A stretch of 64,000 nt of DNA from Diplonema japonicum (Eukaryota; Protista; Euglenozoa: Diplonemea). The stretch is from contig OZ025694.1 in NCBI GenBank assembly GCA_964019335.1, forward strand, positions 186,001-250,000. The letters run 5' to 3'. This document shows positions 23,856 to 34,375 of the stretch, piece after piece. A program made the translations under genes and the position numbers. The first letter of the stretch is position 1. Every line of letters begins with the position of its first letter. The notes below the pieces were generated by a model. The model was given only the letters and a program-made list of their open reading frames with translations. It was not told where the DNA came from and did not search any database.

Positions 23856-24860
23856 ATGCTAGCGCCGTCTACACTTCGGGTCAAGCGTGAAAATTCTGAG
23901 GAAACGGAACTGGATTTCAATCTGCTCGATGGGAAGCAAATGGCGGTTCCGCTGACCCCAGCAAGCGTGTGTGGCGACGATCCGCTGGATTTCAGGTTGC
24001 CCGACACAAGAATGCAGAAGGAGAAGACGGAAACAGAACAACCCCTTCTGAAGGTCAAAAAGGAAAAACAACAAAAAAGAAGAAGGTCCTCCAGCAGCGA
24101 AAAACCGGTGCGGGTAAAAAAAGAAAGAAGACGAAGGAGATCCTCCAGCAGCGGCAACGAGAAAATGGTGAAGGTAAAAAAAGAAAAAAGAAGGCGGCAG
24201 CGGTCAAGCAGCGACGACAACAAAAAACAAAACCTTCGAGACAGACGCCCATTCACCGAAAAAAGGGAAAGAGACACACTACGAGGCCCCCCCCCTTCAT
24301 CTATCTCAAGAGGCCCGAGGAAGCCCCCAGAATCTATGCAATACAAAGTGTGCCGTCTGCACTTAGATATGTTAAGAACATTGGGCGACAGGGAAGAATC
24401 GAGAAATGTGTATCGAGAAGTCTTGAAACTACTCGGAAACATAAGCCCGAGCTTTAAGTCGGAGATAATTGTGCTTCTTAAGCTTGCTGAAACAATTGTC
24501 TCACGGCATGGGGTGATGGGGCTGTCCAACTGGACGGACTCGTCCATCGGAAGTCTTCAGACTGCCTTCTCCGAGCGAGACCGTGAAGACGGGGCATCGC
24601 TCTGCAGCTCTTCCCTCCAGTTCATCACCAGCTCAGCTCATAAACCCTGTACCAATTGCGGTGAAATGGGCCATGTCCGGGCAGCATGTCATGTGCAACG
24701 TATGGAGGTCGATACTGGCCGGCCGCTACCTCCCGACACCCTCCGTGCCTGTCGAACTACTATAAACTGCTACCTTTGCGGCGAAGACGGGCATGTACAG
24801 TCCCGCTGCCCGAACAAACGAGGTCGGCCTGCCCGGGGCGGAATGGATTTAGATACTTGA
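23856..24860 (+). CDS. CCHC zinc-knuckle protein with a basic K/R/S-rich repeat region (probable nucleic-acid binding)
   Basis: CTNCGEMGHVRAAC and CYLCGEDGHVQSRC; VKKE..RRR.SSS occurs three times. Confidence 0.8.
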   Translation: MLAPSTLRVKRENSEETELDFNLLDGKQMAVPLTPASVCGDDPLDFRLPDTRMQKEKTETEQPLLKVKKEKQQKRRRSSSSEKPVRVKKERRRRRSSSSGNEKMVKVKKEKRRRQRSSSDDNKKQNLRDRRPFTEKRERDTLRGPPPSSISRGPRKPPESMQYKVCRLHLDMLRTLGDREESRNVYREVLKLLGNISPSFKSEIIVLLKLAETIVSRHGVMGLSNWTDSSIGSLQTAFSERDREDGASLCSSSLQFITSSAHKPCTNCGEMGHVRAACHVQRMEVDTGRPLPPDTLRACRTTINCYLCGEDGHVQSRCPNKRGRPARGGMDLDT

Positions 24861-25344
24861 AATTGAAGAATGAAAGAAAGAAAACTACTGTAAAAAAAAA
24901 CCAAGAAATCAGATCACCGGACGGTGGTGACACCACCTGAGCCGGGGGGTCAGCGAACAGGACTTGCATCACCGTTCGTCATCAACCCCTCAGCAAGAAC
25001 TATCCTTACATGTTGCAGGGGGACGCAGGGGAAAGGTGTCTGGCTGGATGTACCGTTGTAGCATAGGCCGGAACACCGAGGGGGGGAAAAAAAAGAAGGG
25101 GCATAAAAATATTTCACCCGAAGAAAAAAAAATTCACTCCCTAAAAATTACCCCCCCCCCGGGGAATCACTATTTCTTCGGGTGAAAATGTTTTCTTTGG
25201 TTTACAGCATTTCTTTTTTTTTTTCTCTTTTTTAAAACCTGTGTGGGTTTTGGTCATAGTGAGTGAACTTTCATTCTTTTTTTTCATTCTCTTAACGAAC
25301 AACCACATAACCAGACGGTGGAGGGGAGGGGGGAGGGGGTAAAC

Positions 25345-28300
25345 ATGTCCCGAACCGCAATACAGCTCCTCTCCAGCGGGGTCCATCAAGCAGAAGAAAC
25401 CGGACAAGTCATCATCGCTGGCATCAGCGAGGCCGTCGAACAGCTAGGCGAGATCCGGACAAGAAACTATGGTGAGCAGCTCGAGACGTACTTCGATTCC
25501 GTGGCCGAGAGCGACCAGGTAGTGGTGATGTGCAACACGGGAACTCACCCCGACCCTCTGCTCCGAAGGCTTGGAGTGATAGAGGGCCGAGGCTTTTACA
25601 GGGGGATGGAGGTGTACTTCCACCCTACTAAAGGCTGCTGGGTCACAAAGTACGACAACAAGAAAGTCGAACACCTAGTCCGAGGAGAAGTGAGCGTGAA
25701 GTTTCGAACAGACAGGATACCAAAAGGTGTTCTTCACGTATGTGGGTCGCTGCTTGACGCTGACGACACAGACTCCGACAGGAAGGGCAAAGCGAGCCAG
25801 CTTGTTCGGCGCATCAAGGAAACCAAAGCACGTGTCACTAACACCGAGGAAGGCCTTCCCTCTAAACCTGAACTTGAAGGCGATGATGAATACTACCGGC
25901 AGCTCTCGTCTCCTGAACACCAAGTCATCTTCAAACAATATCTCTCATCCGGTGTAGTCGAGGCCGCAAAGCGATCTGAGTCCTGCATCATCACACACGG
26001 GACAGGGCACATCGCGTCCTGTCTCTCAGAAAGCGTCGATGTAACCCAGAACAAAGGCGTCGGCGGCGGGTACCCCACGACGGGCATCCGCTCCGACAAG
26101 ACCCTCCTGATCGGCGTGACAAGGTACGGACCGACATTCACCAAAGAAATCCTTGATAAGAAATTCACACACCACATCGTCGTGGATAGGGACACACGGC
26201 CTGTAAGAGAATCCCCCCACGAAATTCCTTTCATCACGTCGCCAGTAGACGAGATGCGAGGAAAGGAAAAGGACGAGGCTCAGAGGCGGACCACGGAAAC
26301 CATCAATAAAGAAATGGGTATACACACCTACAGCACCTACCTCAAGAAGACACCAACCTGCCGCGGGTTCAGATGTCGGCATGTGGATCTCAACTATAAA
26401 CCGATTGTTCACGACGGGAGGCGGGCGAAGCACTGCCGCATCGACAGCGTCCACAACGTGACCCAGAACGAGGCAACCTCCGAGAAGGAGACCACGGAGG
26501 AGCGCACAGCACGGTTTCAACAGGAAAACCAAAGATTTGTCGACCGTGTCGGCGCAGACCTTTGGACTAACGTGTGCATGCGTGTCTGCGAGTGCGGGCA
26601 CCCTTTGGAGCCCTTTGAGGTTGCACAGTGCATATGCGGAATGTACGACTTCGAACACGTGTCGCGAGAAGCCAAACGGATCCGATACCACAATCTTAAA
26701 AAGCACTTCGACGACTCTCAAGCTCCCAACAAGGATGCCATCATCACCTATCTAGCGTTCATGCAGCACCCTGTGTCAAGGGAGCCGTCTTTGCGGGAAT
26801 CGCACCGGTTCGTCGACGGGGTGCTCGCGACCCTCGCGCGTGGCTTTGCATCGGAAACCGATTTGGCGCGGAACACTCTTTCGGCCCCGCCGAACAGGCC
26901 CGCTGTCCCTGTCGTGACTATCCTCTTCGGGGGTGATTTTCATGTTGATAAGCTTTTAATCGCACGCCACGTGCAAAAACGCTGGCCTATTGTCGTGGTT
27001 GAGGGGAGCGGCGGCTACGCGGATATGCTGTGCAGTGTCGTCGCAAAGGTCAGGGAGATCGCGGCATCGCAGACCCATGGCGACCCCAACAAGAAGGTCG
27101 CTGTTAAAAAGGGCAAAGCTGTTATATCCGAGGCGGGCATTGATGAGTACCGCCGCTTTCTCACCACCATCGACAGCCTCACCGCAGAGATCATCATCAA
27201 CGGCCGACTCACCATCATACACAAGGGAACAAAAACCTCAGAGTTCTCCCGCAAGCTCGAGATCACGCTCTCTGGAAACGAGACGCTCGAAAAAACCTGG
27301 CTTCTGTACTCACAATGGCTCACAAACGCCGATATCCAACGAGCCAGGTATTTCACCTTTCGTTGGATCATCAACGTGCTCTCGCTGCTCACCACGGCGC
27401 TCAGCGTGGTGCAGTCATTCCTCCTTCTCATCCAATTCAGCGAACCCCTTGCACTGCCCACGGAAGGTTCGTTCGTCTCAATCTTACAAACCTCAATAGT
27501 GTGGGTCGTCATTGTCCTGCCCATCGTCATCTCGTTCATCCAAGCCGTGTCCGTGAAGGATCAAGCGGGGACGAAGTCTGTTCTGCTCGGCAACGCAAGC
27601 GAAAAGCTTTTATCGGAGATTTACATGTACAGGACGAACACGGTGGCGTATAGTACAACGGAGCTTCAGAGGCAGTTGGAAAGGCTGAGCAACGGGCCTC
27701 TAGACGAGGCGGACAAGGCGTACTCTACTCGGGAGGAATTGTTGCAAATGAGATGCACGGAGCTGACGAACGGCCTGTCGCAAAGTGAAGTGGCAGGAGC
27801 AACACTGAAACCGTACACAGGACCATTGCCCCCCAGGGTTATCCGTAGAGCTGGTGATGACGGGCTCAGCGATTTGTCGCCCGACAAGTACATCAAAGTA
27901 CGGCTGGAAGCTCGGACAAAGATGCTCGAGGCTAAGACGCGAATCGACGGCGCCACCATTGTCACGGCGAACTTCTTTATCAACACAGCAAACGCAGCAG
28001 GTACCTTTTGCGCCGCGCTTGCAGCATACGGATTTGGCTTCATGCAGCCTTGGGTTGCCTTCACCACGGCACTTGCTGTCTCCATAACAATGTGGGTCGA
28101 CAACACGCAGGTCGAAACCCTGCAAAAAAAGCTGAACATAAGCATCAACAACCTCCATATTGTAAACAGTTGGTGGGTGTCATTGGGGCCCAGCGCGGAC
28201 ACAAAAAAAAACAGGGACAGGCTTGTCGTTGACACAGAAACGTGCATCCTTGACGAGGCTCTGCGATGGAACCCAACACACGCAAAACACAGAAAGAACG

Positions 28301-31300
28301 GAGATGAAGTGCAGAAAAGACCGGATCCCAAATCGAACGAAGCCACGGAAGGCGACAAGCTGGGAGAGATGAGCACCTTACATGGAGTGGAGCTTCAAGG
28401 ATTCACGATAAAGGGAATGCTCGACGCTGTGAAAAATCCAACATCGCACTCATCGCAACCGGTCAAGCAAGCTCTGTTAAAACTGGCAGATCTCGGGTTG
28501 GCCCCGGGAGATTCATCACCCCGAAATGTTCGGGACCCCCTTGAGTACATCCAAGAGTCACCACGTGTAATAAGGAATTCAGAAGAAGACCAGTTGCGAG
28601 CGCTTAAAACACCTTGCATCGGAGCGACGTCCTCTGTGGAAAAAGAAGTACTTACGGTTCTCCACCAACCCGATGCTCGGAATAAATTTCTCGACGGGCT
28701 GCTCGAAGGCGTGAAACAAAGGTCCCTAAGCAGGATTTGCATCATGGCTGAAATTGCGAAGCTGCCTTCCCTTTACGAGCTGACGTCTGTCTATGTGACG
28801 CGCAAGCTTTTGGAAGTGGTGAAGATAAGCTGCCTCGAAGCACTTTCCACATATTTCACAACCGGGATCCAAGGGTTCAACCATCAAGATTTCTACCCCG
28901 AAGTGAATTGTTGTACTTCTGACGAGATTGTGTTTATGGAAACGTTTATCTCGGAGATGCACAGCCTGACCCGGACGGAGGGAGTCATGCAGATTAGTCC
29001 GAAGGCGTTGGTCAATATCATCAAAGACAAAGAGGTTAAGGAGAAATTCAGATCGTGGCGGATCGCGGTGAGGAATGCCATGCGAGATTCCGCGGATCGA
29101 CTGTGGACACCGAATCCCTTGCAGCCCGACAAAAACCAGCAAACAGCACAGCTTCTCGACACTACGCTGAAGATCATCGCTCGGCTTGACGTGAATGAGT
29201 TGCTGGACTTACCAAACATCCGCGTCTCGTTATGGGGCAAACTTCCTGATCTTCTTCGACTCTCTACGACCAATAAGCTGATGCTGTTGTCAAAAGAGCA
29301 GCTCATCGCATGCTTCCCGGAAGCTATGAACAAAAGCCTTCAAAAAAAATCGCACCTTCAAATCCAAAAGTACATTGAAATCCTCTCGCTGGGCACCTCT
29401 TCCTCCCGCACTTTCTCTTACGAACACGAGAAGTACGACGCTTTGCTTAGGAACTCCGATGGGAAAAAGATCTTCCACCCGACAGAGGGGAACCAAGAGC
29501 TTCGAGAACGGCTATTAATCGCCGTATCAGAGCTAGACCAGCTGATCATAAACCGTTCGTCAAAAGGCTTGCTTTTAAAGAAGCTCAGAGTACATGACGT
29601 GTTCAACGAAGGGTGCGGGGAACTACTCCTCAATGTTCGCGAACAAGACCTCAAATTTCTAATGTCTGTGATACAATCACGCATCAGCAACACCTACTCT
29701 TCAAGGCTCATGGACAAGGTAGCGGACGAGGTACTCTCCTTCGATGTGAGATCGACGATCACTTACTACAACGCTGAGAAGCTCATCACACACATCACGG
29801 AATTTTGGGAATACGAGTCTGTCAGCGAATTGTCAAAAATGGAGATCTTAAGGATGTTCGGGGCAAGGTCTTTGGTGGAAAGCTTGGAGCACCTCTCCAA
29901 AGCGCAGCTTGTCGACTTGGTCCAGACGGTCTTAAGCGCCACGAACCGTTCATTCCCCATTCACATGCAAATGCATCTTCGAACACAGCTTTCTGAAGTA
30001 TTCTCAAACCCGAAATTGAAAGCGGCTTTCGAGGTGTGGTCCCCTGAGTTCTTCGAGACGCTGTCGCACAAGGTGTCCTCGGTGAGCATCGATTCCCTGA
30101 TCGCCTCTTCAGGAACTTCAATGGATGTAGTAGCTAGGGTGTCGAGCTCGGTGACAGTAGTTACAGGGTTCAAATCATTGATCGACAGCTGCGTGGTGGC
30201 GGGGTACCCAGACGCAACAACTAAAGCGTTGCTCATCCAGATTCTAAGCGCGATAAAGGAGTTCAGCGGGGAACAATTGTTATCCATCGCATTTGAAAAC
30301 GCGGTCATCTTCCTGAGATCGAGGAAGGAACGCCTTCCCGAGGGGGAGAAGCTGCTCCAAATATTCGAAGATTCCGAAAAGAGGGTCGTCGCGACAGAAC
30401 TGCTGCTCACCCTTCCAAGCCTGGAGGTCCACGAGCTTGTCATCAAGGGGGAGAAGCTTGTCGATTTGATGCATGCTGATCCGAACAACGAAACACAGCA
30501 GTCTGTCCTCGCGAAGATGAAAGAAGTTCAAAACAGTGATCTCGCATTGTATGGGTTGCTCTTAGAGTTGACTGTGGAGGCGTCCATTCGATTCTTCCAC
30601 GCCATCTCCGACAGGTGTATAACATTCGATCTCCGTGACCTTGTGACAGGCACGACGCAAAGGCAAGGGGTGGTCGCGCTGCTTGCTGAGCTGTACTTAT
30701 CGAATGGTGCGGAACTGTTTGAAGCAAGGCTGACACCGGCTCACGGGACGCAGAAGATTTACGACAGGACAAACGCTTGGTTGGGAAGGCATCCGAATGA
30801 AGCTGTAGAGGCCTATCCCCCGGGAGCTTGGAAACAAAGTTTCATCGACGAGGCCACCGAACTCCGCGAAGGGTACTACTATTGCCTCTGCGATGATCTT
30901 CGGGTTCTGACGGAGCTGCAGCTGAAGATAGTCTGTGAAGAATTTCATCTTATCATGACCGACACTGTTTCCGGACGTTTCTTCGCTAAGTACATTGAAC
31001 ACTCTGGACGGGCACGTGACTGGGCTATATGGAATAGTTCTACAGACGCGCTTCGCCAGAAGTCTCGAACTGACCCTGAGCTTGTTCGGACCATCTTTGA
31101 CAACTTCGACTCGAAGCTATTCGCCAGCAAGGAAGAAACGCTTAAAGATCACCTGCTGATCCCAGTGCTCGATCGGGAGTGTGACAGAGACTATATTTCA
31201 GCACTCACAGAAGACGAACTTCGAGACAAGGTATGAAGAGGGGGAAGGGGGAAAAAAAAAAGGGAAGGAAAAAAAAAAAAAGGTATTCCCTTACATCGGT

Positions 31301-31429
31301 CCCTCATACGGTCCCACCACCAAGATGACATTTATTGACTTGTCTCACAAGCTTACCAGAGATGCTTGGGGAAAGCTGCGCAAAGCACACGCTTCGATGT
31401 TTGCTTTTAAAGGAACGGTGCGGCAGTAA
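25345..31429 (+). CDS. ~2000-aa SLOG (TRPM/LSDAT-like) + two SLATT/DUF4231-like TM hairpins + long helical C-terminus. Predicted intron 31231-31282
   Basis: SLOG motifs GVVEAAKRSESCIITHGT, LLIGVT, FTHHIVVD, VPVVTILFGG, WPIVVVEGSGGYAD. SLATT-like 2-TM units followed by LGNASEKLLSEIYMYRT, plus DDGLSDLSPDKYIKVRLE. Terminal exon VFPYIG...VRQ* is in frame after a GT-AG intron. Confidence 0.8.
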
Positions 31430-31666
31430 GCCTTTAAAAAAAAAGGGGGGGGGAGAAAAAAAAAGAGAGGAAAAAAAAAAACTGCGTTGTTCTTTCTTTT
31501 TTGCCCCCTTTTGTCCCCCCCCCCCCACCCCCAACATTAGTTGTCATTGAAAAAATGACTTTTGTTCCTGTCGTTATGGTTTGTTGTCTTCTCCCTTTTT
31601 TTTTTTAAAAAAAAAAATATTTTTCTTTTTCTTCCATCGCGCAACACAACACCAGGGGGGGGAGAA

Positions 31667-33248
31667 ATGGACCCGTCAAGCGAAGAAGCCGTGGGCATGC
31701 CCTCAGAGTCCCAAGCAGTGGAGGACATGGCGGAAAACACTTTCGCCATCGAAGAAGCATCAAAATCCCAAGCAGTTGAGGATATAGCAAAGGAAATGAG
31801 CGGGATCATTCCGTCCAATTCACAGGTTTACGACGGCTCCATGGGAGATCTAGGGGCCTCCGCGTACGACGACGAGGAAGGAGAAGGGGGGCCGGACGAA
31901 CAGATTACCTTTGAGGACCTTTTCGGAAGCGAATTCGACGAGACACAGTTTGCCGAAAAGGTACGTTTTTTTTTTTTTTTTTTTTTTTCCCAAGAAGATT
32001 TCAATACCCCCCCCCCCCCCCCCTCCTCCCTCCTCCCCCAGGACGTTAGGGTATCGGACCTAAAAAAACTGGACAATGAAACGAAGAACACCGTTTCACG
32101 TTTAGAGGAGGAGAACCATGTTAAAGATGAGCTTCTCGCCGCATTCGGCGATACTCAAGAGACGCAAAATCTTTTAAACCTCACGGAGGACGTTCCCATA
32201 ACAGACATGGAAGCCGTCCACGCTGTCAATGTTTTGAGCGCACCTGACGGGATAAAACTAAACCCGCACGCGTCCCGTAACAAATTCTTCCCCACCGCCG
32301 CCACCTGCTTCGGGAACATGCCTGTTCTTGATAATTTTCAATGTCTGCACCTCCCGTTGTCGGATAGGAAAATATCAACCACGGAGGCGATGAGTGTTCC
32401 AAACGATCGGAAACCTATTCAAGCAGGTCTTCAAGGTGCTGGTCAAACCTACCCTGGTGCGTTGTACAGCCCGCAGAATGTCATTAGATGGAGGAAGAAG
32501 CGAGGTGTTCAACAGAGCAACGCACGGTTGATGGAGTACGACAACGGCGATAGGATCCTCAGGGTGGGGACGGACTATTTCGTTGTAGAGTCCGCTGATG
32601 CTGCGCAGGAGAACCTTCATTTAATGGGCGTGCACGGGCCTGTTCTTATGCAGTATGTTAAGCTACGCAAACGGTGGAGAATTCGTCCCTTGCGTGTCGT
32701 CAACGGTGTGAAAAACTCAACCCTTGACGAGAAGCTCAGGAAGGAACGTGAAAACACCATGCCCACAGCTCCTGTTAAAGAGTATGATGGAAAAAGAAAA
32801 GAAAGAAGCGTCACTACAGGGTCAAGCCTTACATTACTCCGAGGGATGTCGACCGCAAGGAGGAGCGGTTTGAGGCCTTGTACACCGAGTTCGAATCCGA
32901 TGCCAAGGGGCAGGCTGATGTGGAGGCTGAAAATGTTGATGTTGACGTTGATGATGACGATATTATTGTATTTCTTTTTGAGGGGGGAAAAAAAAAAAAA
33001 AAAAAAACGAAAAATATTTTTTAAATTCTTTATGTATATGTATAATATTATAGTATAAAATAATCTTTTTGAAAAGATAAAATATTTGTAACAAACAAAA
33101 AAAAAAAAAAAAAAAAAATTAGGAAATTCGATCTGTTGCTGCAGCGTCCGATGCCGGTTCAGAGGGTGGGAAACGCGCGCTCGCAATTCAGGCGGGGGAG
33201 GACGAAATGGAGGTCACTCGAGAGGTTAAAAAACGGAAAACGCAGTGA
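31667..33248 (+). CDS. LEO1: Leo1-like PAF1 complex subunit. Predicted introns 31961-32041, 32782-32819, 32968-33122
   Basis: NVIRWR...QSNARLMEYDNGDRILRVGTDYF matches the Leo1 core (NTIRWR..SNAR.V.WSDGS..L..G...F). Splicing gives an acidic tail ending ...EVKKRKTQ*. Confidence 0.75.
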
Positions 33249-33543
33249 AAAAAAAAAAAAAAAAAAAGAAAAAGTGTTAAAAAAAAGAAAAATGAAGTGT
33301 TTTTTTTTTTTTTTTTTTTTTTTTGGTCAAAAGAAAAAAGAATTTCTTTTTCCTCTGATGTTGTTTTTTCTTACTACCCCCCCCCCCCCCCCCCCCGGTT
33401 TCTAAAAAGAATTTTTTTCCTAGGCAAAAGGGCTACAAATGATGGCAAAAAACTAGGGGGGGGGAAAAACGCAAAAAAAAAGGATTTTTTTTGGTCTCAA
33501 AAAGAAAATACACCCCCCCCCAAAAAAAAGAGAATCCAGAGAA

Positions 33544-34191
33544 ATGTCGAGAGTCTCTGATAGATATATAAGAGAGCTGGCTTCAATGAAGGAAGCCTTT
33601 GGGGTTGTGGAGGAGACATCGACTCACACTGGCGATTCTGATGAGGTGAAACAACTGGTAAGCGAGCTTCATGATCTGGAGGTGAAACGAACGTGGGTGC
33701 AAGAAAGCATTGAAGGCTTGAAAAAAGGTGCTGCTGTGCTTGATGTAAGAGATTTCAAGTCGAAAATACTTTTGGCGGCTCCAATAGACCCCGCTCCTTC
33801 CCCTGAAAAAAGAATACCAGTGAAAAAGAAACCGAAGAAAAAACCGCAAAGTGCAGCGAACCCAAACCTAAAAACTGCTGCTGACGAGGTAGAAACTTTA
33901 ATAGAAAAGCTGCTTATGTCCCGTGATGGTTTTCAAAAGCAAACAGCGAACCTTGCAAGAGCTGACTCATGCTTGAAGGGTGCCGCTCCTCTCTTGTCCT
34001 CGAGCAGCCTTTCTTCAACAAGGCATACCCGCATCTCTTCTGGCAATGTGAGCATTGCGTCATCCAAGCACACGCGGAACCTCCTCTCTTCTGGTAGCTT
34101 AGCGTCTTTTGTAACCACTGCCACCACCGCAACCACTACCACCACCACAAGTAGCAGCAGCTCGTCCGGCTCAGAGTCGGAGAGTAGTTAA
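33544..34191 (+). CDS. Hypothetical coiled-coil protein with an S/T-rich tail
   Basis: 215-aa ORF, ATG after an A-rich leader, co-oriented with the cluster. Confidence 0.65.
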   Translation: MSRVSDRYIRELASMKEAFGVVEETSTHTGDSDEVKQLVSELHDLEVKRTWVQESIEGLKKGAAVLDVRDFKSKILLAAPIDPAPSPEKRIPVKKKPKKKPQSAANPNLKTAADEVETLIEKLLMSRDGFQKQTANLARADSCLKGAAPLLSSSSLSSTRHTRISSGNVSIASSKHTRNLLSSGSLASFVTTATTATTTTTTSSSSSSGSESESS

Positions 34192-34246
34192 AAGAAATAT
34201 GATAAGAACCGATTCTTCTTCTTTTTTTTTTTTTTTTTTTTTTTCA

Positions 34247-34375
34247 GGGGTTCTGAATTTGGGTTAAAAGAAACATTATGGCAACATCAACACCAACACT
34301 ATCATCGACCTCCTCCCGAGGTTGAACCCCGGGCAACGCTGCCACATGGGGGGTGGTGGTAGCGGCGAAGGCTCC
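34247..34375 (+). ncRNA. Candidate (possibly decayed) HDV-like self-cleaving ribozyme at the retroelement 5' end
   Basis: P1 GGGGTTC/GAACCCC, P3 ACC/GGT with a TCCTC-containing loop, GG-GCAAC after P1, 9-bp P4, GCGAA J4/2. P2 pairing is not found and L3 is longer than canonical. Confidence 0.35.

Noticed and set aside
34310-34336. LNPGQ as a 2A ribosome-skipping peptide
   Set aside because: Lacks the D(V/I)E and final P of D(V/I)ExNPGP in a single frame.
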